64,000 nt of DNA, from positions 14,694,001-14,758,000 of the forward strand of contig OZ365118.1 in the NCBI GenBank assembly GCA_977030845.1. The letters are read 5' to 3'. The DNA comes from Fimbriosthenelais zetlandica. Taxonomy: Eukaryota. Both the position numbers and the translations under genes were made by a program. The notes below the pieces were generated by a model, which saw only the letters and a list, made by a program, of their open reading frames with translations, searched no databases and was not told the DNA's origin. Shown here in pieces: positions 54,701 to 64,000 of the stretch (position 1 is its first letter; each line of letters begins with the position of its first letter).

Positions 54701-57700
54701 CCATCTTTGCAAGATTGAATCATCAAATTTTAAGCCTTAGGATATCAGAAAAAAATTTTAAATTGAAAATTTAGCTATGTACATTTATCACGCTTCAAAT
54801 CGCGCTCATCTCTCACCATTCTATTTTATCGCTCTCCAAATTTCACAGTTTGTAAGTATCTTCCTCTCTCTTGTTTTCCGTGAAGGTGAAATAGAGGTTT
54901 TCAATGTGATTTTTGTCCCACTCCTCCTCTCAGAGACTTTTAACCTACTTTTGTCTCTCTTCTACCCATCCACCCACCTTCCAATATTGACCAAGGTATA
55001 AATAATACCTCCTGCTATGTTTTAAATCTAATTCAAAAAACATCTCTTCAGACTTTGTCCAAATGTACCAAATATTTCATTCTCTTTCCCTTTTTGTATT
55101 TCATACCTTAAGTCCTTTCCTTTTCTTTCACCTCTTCTTCCACCTCTTCTTCCACCTCTTCCTCCCCTTCTCAGTCCCACCCATCTGTATTTTCCATTGG
55201 TATTCCAGCACCGTTCTTTCCACCCATCCATGTATCCTTTCACTTCTATCTTCTACTTTCATTCTCTATTTCCCCAGACAGAACCGTTCCCTTCTATGGA
55301 CCTGATGATTCTCAGAGGACTAGAAAAGGTTATTTCTACATAGTGTGATTATTTCTCAGGCCAGTTTTAGGTGGCAATACACACCCTTGACACTCTAGCA
55401 TTCATAAACTCTTATTGGGTAGGCGTTGCATAATTTTACGGGCAATCGCAAGTCCCAATTTTCAAGCTCGAGAATCTGGCGAGAGAATGTGCCTACCGTA
55501 TTTGCCGGAGCATAAGCCGTGAAGTACTTTGACTTCAAAAAATCGCGGCCTGCGGTCAATAAAACGAAGCTATTTTTATATGGATTTCTATATAAAGCAG
55601 CAGTTTATATATGGATTTAAACCTGAGCGGCCAAGGGTGAGTTTATAATCCGGCAAATACGGTAATCTTCATTTTGCTCGCAAGGTTCTGCAAGCCGTTC
55701 CTTTGCAAGTCAGGCCTCGCATATATGCTCGCTGGGTTATGCAATGCCTTCAAATTGTACATAGATTCACGGCAGCAGTGTTGGGTTTTGTTATACACAG
55801 CAGACTAACATTTTCTCTTTCTCTCTTGCCTACAGTAACCAGATATTTACTTAATTTATTCTAACCACAGGACTTTTTCTACATAGCTTCAACGTGCATG
55901 ATTCTAACACTGTCCAAATAATTTGAAAGGCTTCCTCAGATGTCTTACTATTTGACAATATATGTATGATGTTATTGGCATTTATACTATGGAAAATGTT
56001 TCTACGTTGGTTGAATTATTGTAAGGTTAATTTGGAGAAGTATTTTAGTAGTAATCTATAAATACATTCGCTTTTCGAATTTATTTTAAATTCAAAGATT
56101 GTAAAAGAAAATAAGTGGTTTAACTATCCAGTTTTGACTATTATAAAAGTTAAGTTAAACCCTTTTCTTCCCATATTAAATCATAAACAGCAAGTATGGA
56201 ATTTTCATGCATATTTTGGGAGTGTCTATTTGTGTTCAAAACGGCTTCTTTGGTTTTTGCATATTAACATTTTTTGAGGATGTTGTATTGCGGAGAAGGG
56301 ATTCGTACAAGGATCTACCACAAAAATAAATCCCACTTTAAGGGGCCTATTTGAAGGCCTTGCTACTTCTTTATCAACTGTGTTTTGATATTGGTAATTT
56401 CATTGCCATGTGCCTTGTATTCAATATCTTCACTTCTCTTCACCAGAAGCCGCCTTTGGATCAGGCACGATCATCCACCAAGGAGGGCTATCTCTACCTC
56501 ATGGAAAAAAGTAAGACATTTACTTTATACTGAAACTAATTTACATTTAAAATTCAGTCAATTATTTCAGGATTCCCGCGTAAATAGTCTTAAATTTCGG
56601 CATTTCTCTTCTAAAAGGTATTACAAAAGTTTTAAATTTATTAAGGTCATTACCACAGATACTACGGTACCCATTTCTTGAAAGATTTAACTGACGATTT
56701 TGTCGATAGTTAGTATAGACTTTTTCCTCCTAGCTGTAGTGTAAAGTACAGTATAATTGAGGAAAAAATTTTTTCAGCCCCGTCAACTCCATGATTTTGT
56801 CGATAGTTGCTTGTTGGAAATTGCGGATTTTAGGTCTCAAAAATACAGATCATAGGTCTTAAAAAGTCTTTAAAAATCTTAAATTTTATCATCTCAGAAC
56901 CTGTTATTTAAATGTTTGTTCTTGTCTTTACCAGAGGCGCTTGGTACCACCTGGAGCAAGTATTACTGTCAGTACCAGAAGGAGAACCACATCCTGACCA
57001 TGATCCCTTACAATCAGACCACTGGCAAAGGCGTGAGTATCCCCCTTCGTCATGTTATCTTTATAAAGTCAAGATCTTATTCTTTCTCCCCTCATCTTTT
57101 TTTTTCTCACTTGCATATTGCACTCCGTATATCGGTGCTGGGAGTTACCTTGCCACACAAACAGCCTCTTGATGACTAAAATCCCGATTTTTCTTATAAT
57201 TGAAATTGAAATGAATTGAAGATGGACATATACCTATGAAACCTCAAACCTTGACCTATGAAATAATTTGAAATGATTTAAAATAAGTAGATCTTAGTGG
57301 TGCGGACGGAAGGGCGGAAGGAAATCTGGGTTGCTCCGATCCGACTGTCCTAGTTTATATATTTTGTTGTAACTAACTGTTTGCAACCAAATAAGAATAC
57401 AAATATATTCTTTAAAGTAGTAAAGTCATTAAGTGGTGTCTCTTTTTCTTCAGATCAACACTGACACCATGTTGCTGACGTCGTGCACTCGCCGAGCCTC
57501 CGACTCCATCGACAAACGCTTCTGTTTTGACATCACAGTGCAGGACAGGTGGGTCCCTCACAACACACCATCTCTAATATATTAAGTTTACAGTTTCCCC
57601 CGTTATCTTTCTGCCTGAAGATTTATATATGTGCAGCCAGATCATGTGATATCTTGATGCTCATATTAAACTTTGGATGGCTTTTGTGACTGGGCTCTTT

Positions 57701-60700
57701 TTTTTTTATAACCCTATCTATCAAATATATAGATTTATTCTCTCCAGCCAGATCGGAATGCACCAATACGACCATTTTCCTAATGAGACCATTTCTCTAA
57801 TGCGATCATTTCTCTAATGAGCCAATTTCATTAATGAGACTTCTCTAACGAGACCACTTGTGACGGTTGCTTATGCTAGAGACCGATTGTATAAATGCAT
57901 TTATGTGTACAGTTGAGTCTGCTAACGACCGCTTCTCTAAAGCGACCAATATAGCGATAAAACTGAGCGAGGAATCAATGTTCGCCTACTTGGTAACAGT
58001 AATGTCTAACCCCTATAGAAGGCCATTATAACTCAGTATGGTGCAGCGCTCTCATACTCTCCCTCCCGCCTCCCACTTTCATTACTAACAATCTCCTTGT
58101 TTCTACAAGCTCACGAAAGTGCCCGCGTCTGTCAATGTAAGTACGGCCGGCTCTCCCTGCTATATTATATACCTCACAGTCATCCCATCAGTCTGGTTCC
58201 CTCATTTCAGTTCATCATCATTCAGTTGGGACCTGGCATTCTTCTTCTTCATCCTCTTGTGATTTTTGGACAATCTTTTGTACCATCCGTGCACCCGTTA
58301 TATTGTCTCTTGTTTCTCCTCCTCCCTCTATTTGAGAAATGTTGGATTAGATTATAAGCTTTAGCCATGCAATATTAGAAGTCCATTAGAAAAGTAAATT
58401 GATAAGCAAGAGTATGGACGAAAGGCTATATAAATGAGTCAGTTACCGATGCTTTAGAATTTTTCGCCTGGCTAAAATTCCTCAAATTATCATGAATTCG
58501 CTTAAAGGAAAATTCCGATCAGATATAACATGACGGCCTACAGTAGCTTAATATGAATACTAACGCTCACGGAAGCTTCAAGAAATAAATGTGTCCCGTT
58601 CATAAGTAATCGCCCTTCAAGCGTTGAGAAACCGGCGCCTTCTTGCTCCTTCTCGCTTAAATAATTATGGACCTTTACTGCATAGATCTTTATGGTACTT
58701 TAATGTTTAGACATTTTTACCATTCAGCTTTATAGGTAGTTTAATGCCAATGAATATTTTGTGATTACTTCCCCCCTATATTTTTTTCAAATCTTTTGAT
58801 TTCACTAGTGAAAGCATTTGGTGTTTATCTCCTTCCAACAACGACATGCATAGTCCTTTGCAGAAAAAAGTCCGTGATCACACTATTAAAAAGCTTGCTG
58901 TTATGGAAAGACTGCATTTGCTTGACTTGTTTTGCTTTAAAAAATACTACAAGTATTCTCATATTTTCACATTTGTATTGGCTTCCTTAAATCGTAAACC
59001 TTTTGCATATCCTAATGAAAAAATGAACTTTCTAAACTACAGTAGTTTGTGACTTGATATGGCCTTAAGACAATTTGTAGGAGCGAGTGACTGATTTTGG
59101 TTAAGGCCAGTCTGTCTCTGTTCTGTCTCTTTCACTGTAACCACGCCTGATCCGCACAGCACGGGCATCACCAAGCAAGAAGGTGGAATCAGGCTAAAAT
59201 ATTTTCTTAGTATATTTCAGTTTCTACAGCAGGTTCTAAGGTATAATTTTAGAGTCATGATATATGACCATCTAAGGTCCGAGATATGAAACCAAATCAT
59301 GACTATGCCTTGTAGAGAGGGAGAAAATGCAATGTTTATGTTTTGATGTGATTACTCGGTCAAACTGACTACATTTGAAATGGGTTAAGGCCAGTCTGTC
59401 TCGTATGATTCCGCGAGTGAGCGTGTATGATCGACTTATATGGCTAAGCCCACTGAACATTTCTTTATCTTCTAGGTCTGGCCCGCTCACCTTCCAGGCG
59501 TTGTGTGAGGAAGACAGACGCTCTTGGCTGGATGCGATGGATGGCAAGGAACCGGTATGTATTTTTTTTAAAACCTTTTCTTAGGCTATCTATTATGAAC
59601 TGAATACCAAGTGCTGGGCTTCAAATTTATGTGAACTCTGATCACATTCAACTCTCGAGAAATTATTGAACTACGATTAGAAATTAAAGAATTGTTTCGG
59701 TATACTACAGGATTGTTGTTATAACTCACTAGGTTTTTAATTCTCCTCACAATTTTCATGGAGTTTTATTTGATTCCGCATCTCTTTCAGATATATAATC
59801 AGCCTTCTAGTACAAGTGAACAAGACTGTAAGTAAAACCCATCAACTAGTTCCTTTTATTCCTGACAAATTTTATGTAATTTAGAGGAATATATGCTTTT
59901 ACACAAGTATTTGAAATCATATTCATTTGGTGACAATCTTTTCCTTTTCAGCCCTACTTGACGACATAGGATTCAACTTTATTAAAAAATGTATCAACGC
60001 CATAGAGAAAAGAGGTAAACTTGCTTTGAACTCACGACGTTTTACTAAGCATTTTAAATTTATTTTGCTAATAATTTTTACCTAACTTTTCCCTCTGTTT
60101 TTCAGGTTTGAGAGACCAGGGATTATACCGTGTTGTCGGCGTCAATTCTAAAGTTAACAAACTCTTGTCAATGGGTCTTGGTAAGCTATTTTTATTTCGT
60201 TTACCGACTTTTTAAATTATCCTGCCCTGGTATTGATGATTTGATGAGGCGTGGAAAATGATATTCAGAGTTCAAAATTACTGACATCTATTGTTATTGA
60301 TGATTTCGTCAATAATGTTGATAAAATTTGTAACCTTTTTTATTAGACCGACGGAAAATGGAGAAACTGAATCTGGAAGATTCAGAATGGGAAGTGAAAA
60401 CGATAACAAGTGCCCTGAAAAACTATTTTAGGTAAGTTGTATTATAATAGTAATACCTGTGCAATATTTCTAGAGCTGACAAAAATACACTGTATCAATA
60501 TTTGAATAGAAATAATAAAATTAATTAATTTTCTTCATCGTTTCAGGTCCCTTCCTGAGCCTCTTATGACCTTTAAATTGAACCAGCAGTTTATCACAGC
60601 AGCGAGTGAGTATTCTACATTTTAAGTCGAATATTTTAGAATAGACCAGTAATAGTATATAAATGACAAGCTTGTTTTTGTTAATGAATATTAAGTTATT

Positions 60701-62787
60701 ATAAATATTTTGTATTAAATGTACAATTAGAGTATTCCCAACATAAGAATACAGAAGAAATATATTTCTTCTGTATATATCCTTGAGTAACATTTGCTTT
60801 AGTTTTATGTCTTAGTGCATAGTTTTTTTTCTGAAAATTACAGAAAAAGAATCGAAGACATTACGAGTGAATGACATCCACGAGCTGATCTTTGGCCTGC
60901 CTAAAGCCAACTTTAACATGCTCGAGCTGCTCATACGTCACTTACACAGGTTGGTTTCCTCTCCTATCTCGTATCTACACTATTTTGAAGTTGCAACATA
61001 CACCCAAAGGTTTATGGTTTTTTTTAAAAATCTCGGCCTGCAGTTAATAGAACAAAGCCATTATATTGATTTTGATAAAAGCAGCGGTTTATAATGCGGG
61101 AAATACGGTAATGTATTACATGCTGATGTAATGTATTAAATATGAACTGTTACAGGGTCGCGGACCATTCTAACGTCAACCTAATGACCGTCTCCAACCT
61201 GGGCGTGTGTTTCGGACCAACATTGATGAGAACCCAGGAGGAAACCATCGCTGCCATCATGGACATCAAGTTCTGTAACATAGTGGTGGAGATCCTCATA
61301 GACAATTATGATACAGTGAGTGACACTTCCACTTTCGCTTTCATTTTCGCAATATTTTTCCTCAATCCTGAAAATGTTTCCTTTTCAAGAAAAGAGGTTC
61401 GCGGGGAAAGTGATCATTTATTCATGATATGTAACTAGAGTAAATAACTTTAAATAGTATAATACCTTTTTCTATGAAAAAAAACAAAAAACAAAGTGAA
61501 AAATAGATAAAATATAGGCAACCAAAGTAACTCCTCTCTTTCTTTAGAGTAAATAACTTTAAATAGTACAATACCTTTTTCTATGAAAAAACATAAAACA
61601 AAGTGAAAAATAGATAAAATATAGGCAACCAAAGTAACTCCTCTCTTTCTTTCGGATTTTCCACATTTCTTCTATAAATAACTCCTCTCTTTTCCTTTAG
61701 ATTTTCCACCAGGTCCCTGACGGCGTCACTGACATCTCCCGCATGAACAAATCCAAACCGGCGCTGCCCGCCAACAAGCCGACCACCAACCAGATCCAGC
61801 AAGTTTCCTCCAAGCCGGTCAACCAGCCTGCCTCAGCCCCGGCGAGTACCACGACCACCCCGACCAGCTCCTACCAGCCCACCGCCCCCATGCACAACTC
61901 CGCTATAGGCCTGCCCAGCCAACCCACCACCAACAACGGTGGTCCGGACCCCTCCCCTGTGAAACCACTACACCGGCGAAAAGGCTCCACTTCTTCCCTC
62001 TCCTCCACTGGGGGTGGCGGGGGAGGAGGAGGAGGAGGAGGAGGGCCGACCACACCCAACTCCTCCGGGCAGTTCTCGTATTCGACCAATGCCAGTAACA
62101 ACCCACAGACGTATGCCCAGGTGCGAGCCAAGTTACGACCAACCCCAGGCTTCTACTCTCAGTTCTCCCCAGGTAAGGGCGGCTTTCCTATCTAATCACT
62201 ACCCGGTACTATCATTTATACATGCAGGGTGATGTGCTGGTGGTCAACCATCCAAACTAGCCTTAACATGGCGCCCTTCCATAATTCATTATCTGTCGTA
62301 GATATTATGAAATGGTCCTCAAAGTTTTCCCAGCTTCCTAGCTATCTCATACACCTATCACCGATCTTTTCCCCCTGTTCTTCTCACCCTGTTTCCTCAG
62401 TCAGTCACTGATATCAAACACAATGCTTATCTGCCTCATATGTATGTAGATGTCACATAGGCAGGGCTCCGAAGCAAATGGTATCTCCCCACCAATCTAA
62501 AGGACCCATACTCGGCCCCCATACTCCCCTCCCCACCCAGTTTGCCCACCTCCACCCCTGCTCTCCTAACAGCAGCCCTTGCATCCCCCGCCCCTAGCCC
62601 CAACAGCCCCGAACGCCCCACTTCACCTCGGCCCCCTCCAGTCCCTAACCCCCCCCCCCCCCCCCCCCCCAACCTCACCCCGCCCCCACCAAATCCCCAT
62701 CTCACCTCGCCCCCTAGGTACCAGCCCCCAACCCCCCACCAGCACATCGCCTTGTCTGACCTGGCATGGTTAGCTCCTTCTCGCTAG
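48708..62787 (+). CDS. Graf: GRAF/oligophrenin-family Rho GTPase-activating protein (BAR-PH-RhoGAP; ARHGAP26/10/42/OPHN1-like), 3' end unresolved. Exons: 48708-48861, 52323-52418, 52574-52635, 52843-52914, 53102-53203, 53423-53533, 53646-53688, 53909-53970, 54263-54337, 56447-56510, 56935-57032, 57454-57548, 59476-59554, 59791-59827, 59952-60014, 60106-60180, 60347-60431, 60547-60605, 60844-60949, 61156-61315, 61701-62172, and tentatively 62573-62787
   Basis: BAR: [69 protein letters not shown]: [31 protein letters not shown]. RhoGAP: [67 protein letters not shown]. Phases are consistent. Confidence 0.94.
55494..55664 (+). mobile_element. TA-flanked Tc1/pogo-like MITE, about 170 bp, full-length copy
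   Basis: Perfect 16-bp terminal IR including TA: TACCGTATTTGCCGGA ... TCCGGCAAATACGGTA. Related copies lie at 5005, 29089 and 61025. Confidence 0.85.
58110..58136 (+). other. Candidate 27-nt frame-preserving microexon in Graf intron 12
   Basis: A TACTAAC branch point is followed by a pyrimidine tract and AAG acceptor, with a GTAAGT donor. The phase 2-2 exon fits the host intron and has no stop codon. Confidence 0.55.
61025..61110 (+). mobile_element. Truncated, internally deleted copy of the TA-flanked MITE family
   Basis: aaaaatctcggcctgcagttaata...gcagcggtttataatgcgggaaatacggta resembles 55538-55664. Confidence 0.6.
61436..61653. repeat. Tandem duplication of about 109 bp in Graf intron 20
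   Basis: tagagtaaataactttaaatag... starts at 61436 and again at 61545. The copies are near-identical. Confidence 0.9.
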
Positions 62788-64000
62788 TTGTTTGAAAGGC
62801 TGAGATGATGATGAAGATGATGATTATGACCTTAAGTTGATGTAGAGCTCATGGTGACCCCTGCTTGACCTTTGACCTCTCCTCCAGTCAGGCATCAATG
62901 ATAAAAACACCCACCATAGCATGTCTGGCCTGCTGCCCTCCCACCAGTGGGGAGCAGTGTTCTCAGCATTTCTCACTCACTCCATCAGCAAGACTCAAAA
63001 CCTACCAACCAAAATACTAACAAGTTATCAAAATTCTAATATATGTAATTTGGAATTCTTCTAAACAGTTTACAGTTAAATATCGGGTCAGGGGTGGACC
63101 TGTTGGTTGGACATTTGGTTGGTTGGACATGATGATAGCTAGAATCATAGCTGCCTTTCGAGAAGAGCAAAGACTTGTGCTGTCTTTCGAGAGCGTTGCT
63201 TTATCTCGGGAGGAGCAAAGAGGCATTGCTTTCTTATGAGAAATGCAAAGAACCTTTGCTGCCTTTCCAGACGAGCAGAAAGAATAAAGCTGTCTTGCTG
63301 ATGGTATAATGGCTGAGCTTGAGACAGGTTGAAAACTCTGCCACTGGGGGCGCCTTGATCATTGATGATTAGTGGCTAACACAGCGTGTCAACTTCTTCT
63401 TGTCCCCCGTTTTTTCACTCACTACATCTCGTCATCGTGCTGGTCCATCGTGCTGGTCACTCGACAGTGTGGAGCGCTCATTCAGGTACCGAGTTTGCTT
63501 TGCGTGTTTCTACATCTCCTCCTCTCCTCCTCGTCCCCTTGTTCTCTCTCTTCGTGTTCTCCTCTCCCGGTTTTCTACCCTGGAATGTCTTATTGTATAC
63601 CGGTGGAGCATGCCCTCGCCTCCCTACCATCTCCCCCCACCCCCTCCTCTCCCCCTCCAAAACCAATTACCCAACGAAAAAACACCCTTTAGGAAACACG
63701 TTTGTGAAATTAAAACCTCTCAGAAATTCATGGTTCAAAGGGCCTGTATTTTACCATTATATTTGGCGCCCTTTAAAGAGTTTGAAGCATACCTTAGAGT
63801 GTTGGATTGGTAGGTTGTTTTTGGAGGTATGAGGGAGGGGAGATGGTCATGGGCCTCGTCTGACCACAGCAGTCCTGTCCTCCCCCGTCAGATGATCTGT
63901 CTGGTGTTTTGGTGGATTTGTCTCATATATAAACATGGTGAACTTTATTTTCTCATTAACACGAGTGAAATCATTGCCTTGGTTTGATTATGCCTTTGCA

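Noticed and set aside
60225-60290. TGATGA...CTGA box C/D-like motifs in a Graf intron
   Set aside because: The span is only about 50 nt, with no convincing terminal stem or identifiable rRNA-complementary guide.
63140-63300. Degenerate gctgcctttcgagaagagcaaaga repeats resembling a coding repeat
   Set aside because: The frames are interrupted by stops and there are no usable splice sites. Treated as a decayed minisatellite.

Overview
AT-rich, intron-dense animal (invertebrate-looking) genomic DNA. The species cannot be identified from sequence alone. Five spliced protein-coding genes can be reconstructed by hand from GT-AG junctions with consistent exon phases. (1) PPME1 (+, 345-3692; 15 exons; one U12-type intron). 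(2) An unnamed type-I membrane protein with about 20 EGF/cbEGF modules, a SEA-like juxtamembrane region and one TM helix (-, 18174-5981; about 29 exons), showing very recent exon duplication. (3) TMEM131 (+, 20679-42591; 35 exons). (4) ZNF330/NOA36 (-, 48475-46004; 10 exons), head-to-head with (5) a GRAF/oligophrenin-family BAR-PH-RhoGAP gene (+, from 48708; its 3' end is not resolved in the window). Non-coding DNA holds several MITE families, minisatellites and long poly-C/G tracts. The most unusual observations are: tandem repeats that copy real splice junctions (six donors and several acceptors in TMEM131, plus decoy acceptors in PPME1 and Graf); a chimeric 8-Cys 'EGF-and-a-half' exon created by an intra-exonic duplication breakpoint; duplicated EGF exons that differ more than their flanking introns; and a candidate 27-nt microexon in the Graf PH domain. 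No prokaryotic features, CRISPR arrays, intact tRNA/rRNA or intact transposase ORFs were seen. All coordinates, translations and difference counts were derived by eye and should be verified computationally.
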